Assembly: GCA_965287045.1 (NCBI GenBank)
Contig: OZ336871.1
Location: 48,484,001 to 48,548,000 of the forward strand
DNA length: 64,000 nt
Direction: 5' to 3'
DNA from: Carcharhinus amblyrhynchos
Lineage: Eukaryota
The notes beneath the pieces were generated by a model that saw only the letters and a list, made by a program, of their open reading frames with translations, did not search any database and was not told the DNA's origin. Of this stretch, positions 26,959 through 41,261 are shown piece after piece (the stretch's first letter is position 1; each line of letters starts with the position of its first letter). The position numbers and the translations under genes were made by a program.

Positions 26959-28339
26959 AATGTGTCCACGACTGGACTCGTTCACTCCAGCAACGTCATC
27001 ACTGAGCATTTTGCCACAGCTGCGAGAAGAACTACCATCCCAGGGTTCCACAGGATCAGCGGTGAAGGCCTAGCCAGAGCTCCTTGCCAGCATTGATATT
27101 GCAACTGGGCGGTGAAAGGGAGGCAAGTGATTCCCTGCATCGAATGAAGACCGCAGACGTCAAACTTCCTGCTTTGATTCATTTTAATATTTACCATTAG
27201 GACTGGGCTGACAGGAGAATAAACGATTGTGCACAGGCAGGAGGGGAAAAGGAATTCTGGACAGCTTTCAGCCTTTAAAGCAATTGTCACCTTAAAAGGG
27301 CAAGAGATGGAAACCCTGTGATTGAACTTTCTTGTGGGAAAAACTTCTGTTTGATCAATTTCTGATGGATGTTGGCCAGATTTTAAATCCTCTTCTGCTG
27401 ACCAGGAGGACGTAGTTGGTCTCCACATTTATTTCAATACTTCATCTCTCATGTATGTATTCGTATTGCTCAGCCGCCTCTGCAGTCTGCTTTGTTGGCG
27501 GGGTTAGGTAGCGGCAAAGTTGTAAAAGGGTAGCATTGTGGTGCCAAGCAGTAGGTGGAGTAAAAGGGAAAACAAGTATGAAGAATGATGGCGTGGGAGT
27601 GGGAAGTGGGTACTGGTATGAATCTGTGACATTTTTTATTCATGGTGGGATAAATGCTGAGTGTAATTTTCCTATCTGCACAGGAAGTTTGACAGTATCT
27701 GGCATCCCTGCCTCATTGCAGACTTGCAGCAGATACATTTGTGCACCACATTTTGTAATAAGCAGTAGCTTTCATTTTTTATATATAAATATTGAGCATT
27801 TCCCCCATATCCTCTTTTAAGAGTACAATAGAAAATCAGACCACGAAAGTTCAGACCTTGTAGGGCAGGATTTTCCTTCTAGTTTATTGCCACATGAATT
27901 GTGTTACTGGCCTGGGCAGCTGAGGAAAGCCAGAAAGGGTTTTGAAACCAAAACCAATTTCAAACGAGGCAGATCTTTTTTTGGATAAGTGATAGCCATT
28001 CATCCAGAAAGAACTCTTCAAATATAGACAACAAAAATATAACAAACCTTACTCCAACTTATAAATCAAAGAAAGGGTTTAATAAAGAAACTTCGTTAGT
28101 CCAAACCTGAGGCCTCACTGTGGGCCATTCCAAGCCCCCCTCAGAATTCCCAACAGGTTCTACTTATACTGATGAGCAGCTGGTCAGCTGATCATCACAT
28201 CATTCTGTAATTGGTTACATGGTTTATTGGGTCTGCTGACCCTTACAGCCTGTTACCATTGGTCGTAATACATAAGGTACAATGTTATCACTGGTTACAT
28301 TCCAGCCCAGGAAAGCGCCTGGCCGTACAGACTGTGGAT

Positions 28340-28860
28340 GCCACAGCACAGTAGTCTGAGCACTAAGAAAGTATACAAGAGGAATCTGGTGTTGCTACAA
28401 CTGAACGTGTTTTCACCACCCTATCAGGTGCAGTGGATTCCAAATTCTAACAGCTCATTGTGTAATGTTACTTTCCTCAGGATGCCTCTGGTGCTTTTAT
28501 CCAGAACCTCTGGTATCGATCCTTCAATTAGACACAGTTTCACGATATTTATTCTGCACCTTTCATCATTTTAAATAACTCTATCAAATCTCCTCTTGAC
28601 CCTCTCTACTCCAAGGAGATGAAATAATCTTCTACAACTTATCCACCCATCTTCCATTCCTGGAACCATTCCAACAAATCCTGTCTCTATCCTCTCTGAA
28701 GCTTTCACATCCATGCTAAAATATGGTGCCCAGATTTAGTCACAACTGTCCAGTTAAGGCTGAATAGTGTTTCATATGGGTTTAGTATGGCTTTTATGTT
28801 CTATGCTGCTGTTTATAAAGACCGGGGTCCCATATCATTCATAAACTGCTTCATTACCTT
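28340..28860 (-). mobile_element. Old CR1 fragment
   Basis: Reverse CR1 ORF2-end motifs (tcaaatctcctcttgacc, atggtgcccaga). Confidence 0.6.
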
Positions 28861-28899
28861 GTTTTAGTGCTTTAGCTTTCCGTAAGTTCAGCCTCTTCA

Positions 28900-29878
28900 A
28901 TGGAATTCTCCCGCGCACCTGCCGATGAGTTCAATAGCAGGAGGAAGGGAAGAATTTGGTGGGAGTCCAAAAATCGGTTTTCTGCTGGCATGAATTTCCT
29001 GTGGGATTTTCTGCATGTGCCTCCAGAGCCAATTGGGAAAGCCAGATGCATCCTGCAAATAGGATGCAGTTGAAGGCTTAAACAGAGTCTTACCCTCTTT
29101 TTTTTCGCCCCCCCCCCCGCGCAACCAAAAAAACCAAATCTCTACAATGCCGGTGGCAAAACACATTGGTCCAGAATCTATCTGAAACAACATGGTGGGG
29201 ACAAGGGCATGGCTGCTTCCCGCCACAGAGACCAGCAGGAAACTATAATCTGGCCATAACCTCATTAATTATGACAGTTTAACGTCAATTTTCATAGCAG
29301 GGTGTCTATGATGGTTGTGAGTCCTGCAATCCTATCTGGGCACCATATTGGAAAGGCACCTGACATCACTGACCTAGCGTGGAAGAAAGAAGGTGGATTT
29401 CCTGAGAAAGAAGCTGGATCTCCAGGAACAATCTGAAGCTGGAAGATAGACCTTCTTGATGATTCTGAACCTGGAAGATCCACCTATAGATGCTTACCCC
29501 AATGCTGTGATGTTCCAAAGTCTAGGATCTGTTGGCCTCCATCCTGAACTCTGGAGGCACCCTCAGGCATTGTACAGGTGAATCCTGACTTCTGCACACC
29601 ACATTGTTCCAGACTGGTGTGTTTTCCTGTTGGCATCACAGAGAATCTGGAGCAGGGAATATTCTGATCAGACCTTTATCTGCATCCCATTCGTGCAATG
29701 CAAAGCAGTTTCATGCTGGCTCGAGCTGGTTTCCTAGTCCATCCACCAAGACAGGCACCAGTGGAAGTTCCCACAGGAAATTCACTCTGGCATGGAAACG
29801 ATTTTTGGATTTCCGCCAAATTTTACTGCCCATGTCTGCCATTGAGTCCACAGGCAGAGCCATGGGAGAATTTGCCCT
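28900..29878. mobile_element. Non-autonomous Harbinger-like element
   Basis: Ends ggaattctcccg..gagttcaatagc / gccattgagtcc..gggagaatttgccc; its left end resembles 60882-60990. Confidence 0.55.
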
Positions 29879-30031
29879 CAATTTATGCTGAATATATTTT
29901 GTAGTTAAAATTCCATAATCTTTTAATAGGCTGAATTGTGCTTAAAAATTCAATGCAGTTGAGTGGAAAGTGTACCCCATTATCCTTTCTATTTCCATGT
30001 GGTTGATGAAACAAAAAGGTACTTGGATATT

Positions 30032-30454
30032 TGTTGTAGATGTGGTGACTGTCTTTTTAAGACAGTACAGCAGAGGTGAGTGACCTGACTTGAAGGACCA
30101 TTGGGAACTGAGAGTGAATGATCACACCAGAGAGAGAGAAAGCCCTCGGGCATTTGGGACCATGTTGTGAGCAGATAGAATTGGGCTGTGCCCCAGGGCA
30201 GCCTTCGTGTTGTATAAACCCCCTGAACCACAATCTGTTATCAATAAATGCCTTGTGTTTCTAATAAATCATAAAATCCCTACAATGCAGAACAAGGCTA
30301 TTCAGCCCATCAAGCTTGCATTGACAATAATCCCACCTAGGCCCTATCCCCGTTACCCCGCGTAATTACTATGCCAATCCCCGTGGTACTAAGGGACAAT
30401 TTACCATGGCCAATCAACCTAACGAAGTCTGAAATCTCTTCACGATACCGTAAC
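30032..30454 (+). mobile_element. Probable solo LTR interrupted by an antisense HE1 3' fragment (about 30268-30422)
   Basis: TG...CA termini, TATA-like gtataaa and caataaa; no TSD found. Confidence 0.4.
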
Positions 30455-31408
30455 AGCCGCAACATAACATTAGAATTGCAAGTGCTGGAAATCCACAACA
30501 TGATATCAACTTGTGAAAATGAAGCAATTTAAGTGGGAAATTTAATCAGAACTTCCAGAATTGCATCGAGCGGAGCCACAACTTTTACATGCTACTTACT
30601 AATACTCGTATTACTAATCAGACTTCGACATGTGTGAAATGTGAAGAGCCAGCCCCGTTTGGTACCAGCTATGTTCTGATTGGCACCACACCCACAACAT
30701 GACAGGTGGTTTTGGGCAGGAGGGAACAGTTTGCTGCAACACAGCTGTTAATTAAGTTCCTGTTGAAAAATGTGACCCATAATTTTACACTTAAACATGT
30801 CAAGTTTACTGTTCCCTGATTAGAAGTCAAATGCCAATTGTTGGAAACATCTAATAAAACTCAGTCTTCAAGAGCTAATTTGCACCTCTGTCATTCAACA
30901 CATTCAGTAACTCGGTTGGTTCTCATGAATTTTAGTTCCTGTGTTCTAATTTCTCAAATCCTCTTTGTTCATCTGAGTGCTTGTTTGCTAGCAGCACCAA
31001 CAGATGTTAAATAGTCGCTGTATTATGGGAGGGGCTTTAAGTCAGATTCTTTAATATAAAAATTATTGCTTGAATCCTAGTTCTTTTGTCTACAAAAACT
31101 AAATGTCCTAAAGAACTTGAACTTCAGAAAACACTGAACAGAGTATTGTTAAAGCAGAGTGCTTGAGTTATTTGGGGAAAGAAACTAATTTAGACCATGA
31201 CCTGCTACCTATTTGCAGATTCCTTAACATTTCTCTCACAGTGAGAATGTGATATGTGAAAGAAATGGGAGCAATTCAACTCTGAGCACGATCCAATACT
31301 GCCTACACTGTGTGAGACAACACATTCCCACCATCACCTTAGTAGCTAGTGCAGGAAACTGTTCTTGTATTTCTCTGACTTTTATTAAACTGGATAAAAT
31401 ATTTATTA

Positions 31409-31542
31409 GCTGGAATTCTCTGGCTGTTCATGCCCCGCCACTACTCCCAGCGAGGACAGAGAATTGGCACTCAACCAAATCTCTGTTTACCGCAGCAGGA
31501 CCAGAGAATCCCACTGGCGTGAACGGCCAGAGAATCTCACCC
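31409..31542. mobile_element. Small MITE (Harbinger-type TIRs)
   Basis: Imperfect TIRs gctggaattctctggctgttca / tgaacggccagagaatctcacc. Confidence 0.65.
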
Positions 31543-34500
31543 ACTTTATATATAAATATCAGTCCAATTGGGCAGTTTGCAATATTGTTCAGGACAAAGA
31601 TAGTTCATTATTTAGGGTGGGATTCTCCAATCCAGTCTGTGCTTGCCCCACTGAATATGAGAACAGAGAATTTGGCATTCCAGCCAAAACTCCATTCACT
31701 TTCAGCAGCACTGAACAATTCCAACCACGAACAAGGGTGAAGTTTTTCACCGATAGCCTTCAAAACTCTGTTTCAGCCTTCAGAGGAATAAAATGCAGCC
31801 CCAATTTTGTCCTTTTCAATGGTAAAGTGAAGAGCATTCCAGCAGTTAAAAGGCATGGCCTCCTCTTCTAACTTATGTCTTGGCTCCTACTGTCCCTTCA
31901 CAAGTGTTCACTCCTGCTGTTACTGTCTATCCCACTACTTGCTAATTTCCATTGCAGCTTTCCAACACTGAGTACCAGTTCAAATTGCTCTCCCTCTCGT
32001 TATCTTTAATTCTTTCTTTCTCTGCCCTTAGTATTTAGTCTCTTTTCTCTTTCATGTTCCCCTGCAAATATTAACTCCAGGTGCTTATTCCATTGCCAGA
32101 ATTTTATACTCTCCTACCAGCAGGAAGTGACTCGAGGGAGAGCTTGAAATTACATGGATGGGATTCCCTCCAGGATTTTGCCGGCCTTGACTTAGTAGCC
32201 TCAACCGAAAACTCTCGCCCCAGTTAGGATTCTTAAGTGGCCACTTGCATGCTTTTTCTTGCCTGGCCTCAATTCCTAGGCTGACGGGCAGATGACAGAT
32301 TGATGGGGGCAAATCCCATAAACAAGCAGTTTGATTTTGAGTGGGGTTGCCTTTAAAAAAAATTCTGTTCTGAAATGGGGAGGTCTGTCCTTAAGGCCCA
32401 GAGGCCTCTGGACCGCCCCTCCCCCAGTCTAGCCCCCTGAATCCTGTGCACCTGAACTGAGATTCTCTAAGTCTTCCCAACCCTCCCTGCCCAGTGACCC
32501 CTGCCACTTACATCTCTTCCGGTTGTCAGCACTTAGTTCCAGGAATTTCCCTGCACTGCCTGTTCTGGCCACTACAATACTGTGCCTGGAGGGATCGGAG
32601 AGCTGCTGGCCAATTTGATTGGCCGACAGCTCTCCAAAGTGGGACCTCCTCCTGGTGATGGCCAGAAGCCCACATTCTGCCAATCGACACTCATTAGAGT
32701 GTGAAGTGACATTAGGTCTGCTGGAGTCAGCATGGATGTGTTCCCTGCCAACTCCAACTCAAGCCAATCTCTATCCCAAAATGAAAGCCATTTCCCGTTA
32801 TTCAAATTCCTTCTTCCTCCTCATCACTCCCTCTTTCCTTCTCACTCCCTCTCCGCCACATACACAAGTGCCACTATTCAAGTCCTGTAGAGGTAATCAA
32901 TCATTGGCCATGATAGTGGCACAGTATGCAAATTGACACTTAGGTATAGAACATTGGGCAGATTATTTTGCCTGCAAGATTTGTTTATCAAGATTTTGGA
33001 CATTGCATTGCCAGTGTGAATTCATAATTTTTTACTTTGTTATTTGGAATGCTAAATCTGTTACATAATCTCATAGAGGTATGCAAGATCACAAATGATA
33101 TGGATCAGTTAATGCTGGAATATTATTTTGAATTAAATTGTGAAATTGGATAAGAGAACGTTCAAACTAATAAAAGCTAACTTTAAGACTTACATTGGGA
33201 AATTCTTTATACAAGGCCATGTCAAGACTTAGAATGGACTGGATGTTCTCTATTTGCTTGGGGTCCCATCCTCAGTTTCAAAGTACCATATTCATCTATA
33301 TTTAAAAATATCATCTGCCCATTCCCTCATTACCTATAGATCCATCTGCAAACAATTCATCTTAGCTATGGTTCTTACACCCACCGATTTCTTTGTATTG
33401 CCTGTGAGCTTGCAGGCGGTCTCCCCAATGCCTATTATTGACAAAGATGGTGAAGATTAATGGTCCAAATACCAATACCAAGAACTAGTAATCAATTCCA
33501 ACATAGAAGTTTTTTAATGTTGATAATTGTTTTCTGTCTATGAGAATGCAGCTAGTTTTTTATTCAACCCAAAACCTGAAGCCAATTCTTTGTGACACAG
33601 GCTTATTTAGTTGGAAATTTGGGAGCAACTTGTCAAAGGTGTTTATTTTTAAAAATAAGATATATGATGTCAACAGAAACTCTCGCATCCACAGCATGTT
33701 GCTGAGATAGGACCTTCTTCACCAGAAGCCTTGTTAAGATTTCCTAATAATCACTTCTCTACGAAGGTTGTTATATATCTGTCTCCGATTTCCCTTTCCT
33801 ATAACTAAAGTCAAACTAACGGCTCTCTACTTCCCAGGTTTTGACATACATCATTGCAATTAGTCACCTTTTCTATCAACACCACCAAGTGGCCTTTAAA
33901 GAGCTGCTGCCTCTTAATCGTTGCTGGTTCACCAAACTTCCCAGCCAACTGTGGTACAGTGTGAGGTTAATGGGCAAGCTTTCTCTGTGCCAAGTAGCCT
34001 ACATATATAGGAAAGAGAGTCTTCTATCTAAAAAATTTAGTATGGACCTGCTTCCAGTGCAGTTGAATCTTTATCATGGGCTATCTAAGTTTCACTTTTG
34101 CTATCATCAGAAAATCAGGGTTATTGTGCACATTGGGCTCTCAGTAGTCCCTAAGTGCATTGCGGTGACAAAGATTATTCCCCTTGTTGTGACTCACCAT
34201 CACTAAGTTTCTCTAACATGCTTTAAAGTGGATTGTAGCAGTCCAGTCCATATGAAACCTTCATTCCTATCTCTATTAAGAAACATTGTCAGTCCAGCAG
34301 AAAGCAGTTAAGTATTCTTACCGTACTGTATTCACTACAAAATAAACATTGTTTATGGCTCTGGTTTGATTTTTTTTTTAGGGGATTTATTTTGTTGACT
34401 TGAATATCAATATACTCAAACTCTTTGAACCATTTGATGTCCTGTCCAGTACTGTAACAGTGACATGATCAATTAAGAGAACATTAATATAATATTGATA

Positions 34501-36925
34501 ATTATCTTTTTGTACTGTGGCCATGTTATCAAATTTCTTCCTGTATTCTATGTACGATAGTTATACCTTTGTGGATTTATATGGACTTTTGTGTACCCTT
34601 GTGTGAGAACAGGACAAAAATCACCAGTCAGAGTAACCACACTGTCTGCAAACATTGTGGATATAAAAACTATTTGGTCACGCAAAAGTAACATCTTTAT
34701 AGGAGGTGACATCACTCACATGATATGCCTTATTAGTGATGTACACTGGCATTAAAACATTGCTTAAGCTGTCCAGTAAAGGCCATTTATTGCAACTGAT
34801 ATCTTTGACCGTTCTTGTATGTAGTCTGTGATCTTTGGCTATGAGCCAACTCTTATGTATTAAGTCAGCAAAAAAGAGCACTTGCTTCCCTGAGCTATGA
34901 ATCTTACATTTAGTTCAGTAATAATGGTAATGTTTACTACTGACTGTGGCTGAGGAGGAAATGTTGGAAGTGTTTTACTGACCAAGTTACGACATCTTGT
35001 TGTCTAGTTAATAAGCACTATTTATAATTGTGAGAGAATAGATCTACTTAATAACTGTGTAGGTAATGTGCACAAGTGCTGACAGATGTTTTTTTGGCTG
35101 TCTCAGTGGTGGTTTGAGTTACAGTCTGTGAGTTCTTTACTTCCATTCTCCGTTGAGCTGTGAGCTAGTCAGCTGTCATCAGCTTGCTTGCTGCACTATC
35201 ACGAGATGGGATAGTTGGGCATTGAATGACTAATGCAACCTACCAATAGCCGTTGGAGGCCCGAAACAAGTTCAATGATCCGCATTACAAACTTTTCTCC
35301 AAACATTGTTACAAAGTGTAAATTGAAGTGATTATCAGGTCCATTGCAACATTTTGAGAAAATTTTGAGTTCAACAACATAGCACATGTTCAGTTTAAAT
35401 AAATAAGAGTCCTTGATTCTGCAAGTGTATTTTTAAAAAACCCACAGGAAGAGTTTTTTCTAAATGCATGGTAATTCAATCAATCTGTAAAGTATCCTTC
35501 TGTAACCTCTTCACCCTCAAAGTAACCACATGCCATCAATTTTGATTAGTCTATCTAATATTTAGCAAACTTTGACATCGTCATTATACATCCCCATCGT
35601 AGATATGGTTTTGCTTTTCCCCCAGTAGTACAAATGGTGGTAGTGATTTGTCATTCATTCTTGAGGATGACTATGCGAGCATTATATGGTCATGTCAGAT
35701 GGTTGAATTAATGTCTGTGCAGATTGCTACTTGATGTATAAGCACATTGCCATGGGTTCACTTATTGGTATTTCTGATGTTGATCATCCTTCCATCTCAT
35801 GTTTCATGTTTTCATTCATGCAGGTACAAGTAATTAAGGCAAATGGAATGTTGGCCTTTATTGCAAGGGGCTGGAGTATAAAAGTAGGGAAGCCTTCCTA
35901 CAACTGTGCAGCTATATATTCCTTCTTGAGTACTTCAATTGAATCTCCATCCACCACCTTCTCAGGCAGTACCCTGAAGAGCCTTGCCCACTGGCCATGT
36001 GTATTGAGCAATCATGCATATGTTATCCACAGCCTTCCATGCAATGATTTTTCATCCTTAAAGCATGCACTGAACAGTATGAACATTAGTTGTTCGCTAT
36101 AAATTAGAAACCAGTTAACTTTGAAATGTTTAAAAAGTTGCGTTTTATCTGCATGTACACTATTTTGTTAAGACATTGGCCAGAATTTTTCACTGCTCTC
36201 CTCCGCAGCAGTTGGAAGTGGCTTGCTATTGGTCGCCAGCAAAATTTTCCAGTCCCAATGAAGTCAGTGGCATTTATGTTACTTGCCAGTCATGCTGCCA
36301 GTGGACTCGCCGCTTCAGGTCCAGCTGAAGATATCCTTGGACCCTTAAAGTGCCAGCCACTATTTTAATTGTTATTTTTAAATAGAAAGTATTTAACTGA
36401 CATATTTTTAAAGCTCAAGTAATTTTTGTGGAACTTCATTCCCATTTCACTGAGCATCGTGTTTAAGTAGCTACTATTGGCAATGTTTTTGTTGTTTTAA
36501 TTTTGTGGTTGAAAATGTGTTGCTTTGTAAATTTGCAAATGGCTGCCCAAGTGACTAACCCACATGGAACTAATGCCTTCAGGGAGAGACGAGAGACAAT
36601 TTTCAGAAATATTTATTAGACTTATCATTAGAGTACATCTGATTATTTGGAAGTGCTATTGCATGGTCTCTGATATTATCAAAAAGGAAAGCAATAGCTG
36701 GAATATGACCCTGACCAGAAAATGTCTGTTCCCATAAAAGGGAGAATTCCCACTTCTATATGGCTGATCCTTGTCTGGAGCAGTATGCGGGAAATTTTAC
36801 ATCTGTGTGTGGTTTTCCATCCATTAGATACTCGGCATCGAATGATTGGGTGGGACCTGGTGCTGCGTATGTTTTCAATATGCACTCCAAATGTGCAGCA
36901 AGTATGTCAGGGTAGCAAATATTTT

Positions 36926-37333
36926 CTAAATCTTGCATCATGATCATACTGTGGTAACACCATGGCAAAGTTTCAGGGCTCAACATCTTCCAACAAGTGT
37001 ATGAAAAGTTTACATGTTTAACAAAGTTTACATGTTTACAAAGTTTACAAGTTTACACCTGCACTCCGAAGTTTAGCTTTTACAGAACATAAAAACTCGG
37101 AGCAGGATAGGCAACTCAGCCCCTTGAGCTGCGGCTTCACCATTTACTAATCATGACTGATCTCATCTCGGCCTTAACTCCACTTTGCTGCACAAGTTAC
37201 TGACAATGTTACGATAAATGCACACTCAACAATCCAAATTATTATTGAACAGCAAAGTACACTTTAATATAATATAATAGTTCTAATGTTTGCTAAATCT
37301 TGCATCATGATCATACTGTGTAACACCATGGCA
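36926..37333 (+). repeat. 42/41-bp direct repeat pair flanking a degenerate (aaagtttac..)n tandem
   Basis: ctaaatcttgcatcatgatcatactgtg(g)taacaccatggca at 36926-36967 and 37293-37333. Confidence 0.9.
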
Positions 37334-39325
37334 CATTGAAGAAACCATAGGAGTTCTTTAACTAAATAGGTGGAAAATCGAGGTCCTTTATTTTCTCCGA
37401 CCAGCATCTCTGCAAACACTGAGCAGATTAAAGTAAAGCTTTCACATAGTTGACCAAGTAAAAGCCTAATGAACTTCTAACGTAGCACTTTCAGATGTAC
37501 ATTGGAACATCTGACTGGCAAGATATTAACTAATGCAGGTTTTTCTAAGCCACATCCATGTAAATGAGGCTATCCAGTGCTCATTTGGATCACATTGTAC
37601 TACCATGGGGGTCTCTGACTCATAGTCCAGATATTAATGTGGTTAGAGGCCAAAGCTCATGTCTGAGTCTGATACCACTATTGATATTATTGTTTTAAAC
37701 TATACAAGATAACATTGAATCAGTAAGCACTATTTCAACCACTATTCTTTTATATAACCAAGTCTGACATACTTATCAAGTGCATCATCATGTCTCTCAT
37801 TCCTTTAGCCATCCTTCACTGTAAATCATAAAAAATCGAGTTGCTTCTTTTGCAATAATGTTATGTCTTTGCAATGTCTCCTTATGGAAGTACTTTGCTT
37901 TACAGCTTATTTAGAACATGGGAGGCACTTGTAGTACTCAAATGAATGCAACAAAGAATGTAGTTAAATTTATTTGATAAAAATTGGGGATATTTACAGC
38001 CTTTTATCTATGCAGTATACATACAAATGATTGCAAACGTTTATTGCTAGCTTGATTTATGAGTGATTTAGTGCAAACTTGGTTAAAAGAAAACAAATGC
38101 CTTCAACTTCCACTAAGATAAAGCATTGGCTCTATTTTTGAGAATGTTTCTAATTAAACTCCAATAAGCGCCATTAGATTGGATTAATGCTGCCACCAAT
38201 AACAAAGAACTGTGAAGCTCTGAAACCTATGGGATTGATTTTAACCCTTATTTGTGAGAGGAAAGCCAAGGCATTTTTTAGGACTGGGATAATCTAACTC
38301 CAGATCCTCTGCCTGTCCATTTTCCACATGAAGCGGGCATGACGAGGTTGCAAGCTCTCAATACAGATTGGACGGTCCTTGGTCACTTGCTAATTTTGAC
38401 AGAAGTGGCAGAAATAGGGTTTTGGAAGTCTCGTGGAAGACAATGTGGAGCAAAAGAGAGCAACTTTATAGGACTCTGAGGAAAACTCATGGTCGCAGAA
38501 AGGAAACTCTTCCACTTAGCCCGCATCTCTTTTTCTGTCTGCAGATCAGCTTTAGCTATTTTCCACTCAGATCTCACTTAAAACATAATCAGTTACAAAA
38601 CCTAATTTAACTAAACCAATGAACTTGGGCCTTAATCCAGAGCTTCCCTCACCTCTAGAATCTTGTAGGGTGAAATTGGGAACAATGCAATAGCCAAAGT
38701 AAATAGTTGCTGAATTTAACTGTGACCACAACTGATTTCCACCAGTAGAATCAAAAGTGATTCCCTTTGATGGAATAGGTTTTGAAACTGGACTACTATT
38801 TATAAATGCTCATTTAGTAGAATTTTTATCATATAATTAACCATTAACTGTTGCTCCTAAAGCCCATTAAATTAACATCTGTACACATTTCTAATTTTAA
38901 AATAGTCCATATGAGTGGATCTGTCCATCCAATTATTCAGAAAGGAGAATCTTTTATTCCATCATTGTAAGATCCATTTACAATCTTCCAGGCTTTTGGA
39001 TTAAAAAAAAGCATGAATGTTTCATTTTTTTTTGTCAGACAGATCGAACAAGAAGATTGATTAAACTTCAATATATCTTGAGTTCAAACTATTGCACACG
39101 GCAAAGACAAGCTGACTCTAGACAAAATAAATTAAGTAATATTAAATCTGCATGGCTCATTTTGGATCCACACTTTAATGTGCTTCATTCTGTTCAAATG
39201 CAGCATTAGTGTGGGATCAGGTAATGTTCAGAACAGACGTGACCTTGCATTCCAGGTTTCTGATAACTGTCAGTTTTAATCTCCACTTTAATAAATGCTT
39301 GTGAACTGTTCTGATGTTTCTACAG

Positions 39326-39530
39326 CTGGGCTGTTGGTGACTGGGGAGAATGCAGTCAAACGTGTGGAAGAGGTGAACAGTTTAGACAGGTCCACTGCAC
39401 CCGAAGACTTGCTTACAATAAGCTAGAGGACGTGCATCATGCGTTGTGTCCATTTCCAATGCCAATACGAAAGCAAGCATGCAATACTCGCAACTGTCCA
39501 CCTGCATGGAGTGTAGGAGCTTGGTCTGAG
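39326..39530 (+). CDS. ADAMTS16: ADAMTS16 coding exon (TSP1 repeat), 205 nt, phase 2->0
   Basis: Acceptor tgtttctacag, donor GAG|gtacat. (S)WAVGDWGECSQTCGRGEQFRQVHCTRRLAYNKLEDVHHALCPFPMPIRKQACNTRNCPPAWSVGAWSE; in frame with the flanking exons. Confidence 0.96.
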
Positions 39531-41261
39531 GTACATGTCAAAATTACTGGAGGAACTGTGATTATTCATTGATAATTTGATCTTGAATTAAGCTGAGCGT
39601 TTTAACCGATGCAAGACACCATGTTCTAACCTAGAACATAACCAATAATAGATTGCAATCGGGTTGAGGATTAAAAACTTTTACCATTTAATTTGACATG
39701 GACTGACAATGAACAGCAAATAACCCCAGTAAGCCTTTTCATCATATGCTTTCTGATGTCTATCTGCAACATTCAATGCTGTATATTCTATATGTGGCAG
39801 CATTTTGTTGCAATGGTCCATTTTCAGTTCAACCTACCGGTACCCCTGGCCTTGTAAAACATCAGTTTCAATTCTCAGTTATGAAATAAGAAACAGCATG
39901 TTATCCACTGCACCTCAGGCCACACGTGGTATGATCTACTAAGACTAAATTAGAAGTGGCTGCTGAGGAGATGAAAGCATTGGGTGACTCAATTGCTTGA
40001 CCTCTACTGTCTGCCTTCCCTGTTGTATATCTGTTTGTAATTGACTTATACTTGCTGTTACTGCACAAATCAGTTACCTCCTCTTAGATAAATAGTTTAC
40101 TTACAATGTTGTAGGTGCTGATCGTGCACGATTGCTGTTTATGAAACAAGTGAAGGATTGACTGAGTTCTTCAGTTATATCCTTTTCTGCCTTCTTTTCA
40201 ATTGGATATTTTAATTTTAAACATTTGAAGGCATGAACTAATTGTAAAGTTTTAATTATTTCACAGTCCGATCTGTTTATGATGCAGTATCTGATTAAGC
40301 TAACGAATGTGACCATAGTTTAAGTTGATATATTCTTTATTAGCTAACATAGTGTAGATAAATTTATTTTTCTAACAGCAAATCATGTTGCAAAAGTTCT
40401 TTGACAAAACATTTCTGTATTTTTGAATATGATTTAGAAGTTAATGCTCATGCTGTAGTTTTCTGTTCCATGAGGGGCAAACTGGACAATTGGACACTGA
40501 TGAGTAAGCCCATTTTGGAGTCATCCCAATGTTCCCAAAAGGAGAACACTAAAACGGATGTACTGACCCCTAGTGGTCAAAAATCTGATTTTTCTCCATC
40601 ATAGAAGATACAGAACTGGAGGAGGGAGGCCATTCAGCCCATTTTATTTATACTGGTTCTTAAGTAGAGGTATCCAATTGTCCACATTCCCCTGCTCCTT
40701 TCTCAAGATTCATTTATTTTTCTTTCAAATACTAACCTAATTCTCTTTTGGGTGATGCTACTAAATTCTGATTCCACCACCCATTCAGGTAGTGCATTCC
40801 AAGTGATAACTCGCTGCATTGGCTATCGTTGACTTATAGGTTTGTTGTAGTTTTAAAGTATGTTGAATGTTACCTTGATAAATGACCAGTAAAATTATTT
40901 CTCATTTAGTTTAATGTCACCTCGCACAGTTTTATAAAATGCTTGGCATTAATTAGAGCCATTCTTGGAGTACAAATCTACACATATTTGAATAAATAAT
41001 TTGCCTCAGATCCTCTCATGACACTGTCTAACAAGTGCAGTCTAACAACTGCCAATTTTATAGGCTACAAAGAACAAGTAGGCCAGAGATCATTTTAGAT
41101 ATAAATGATGGCACTGCAATGTTAATACTCTAGCCTGTATTTTTCTTTTTCTGTAATGTGTTAGCTCTGACATTGTGAATGGATACTTACAGTTTAAAAT
41201 TTTAACGAGGTTTAATTCCATGTTCTGAAGGACCAACTCTGCGCCAATTTGGAGGAAACTT

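Noticed and set aside
27137-27156. 5.8S rRNA-like motif (gcatcgaatgaagaccgcag)
   Set aside because: Only about 20 nt with mismatches; the flanks do not continue the rRNA sequence.
26982-27428. 148-aa minus-strand ORF, and similar 100-160-aa ORFs such as 31249-31740 and 24166-24603
   Set aside because: No recognisable domain; several cross TE boundaries; lengths are compatible with chance.
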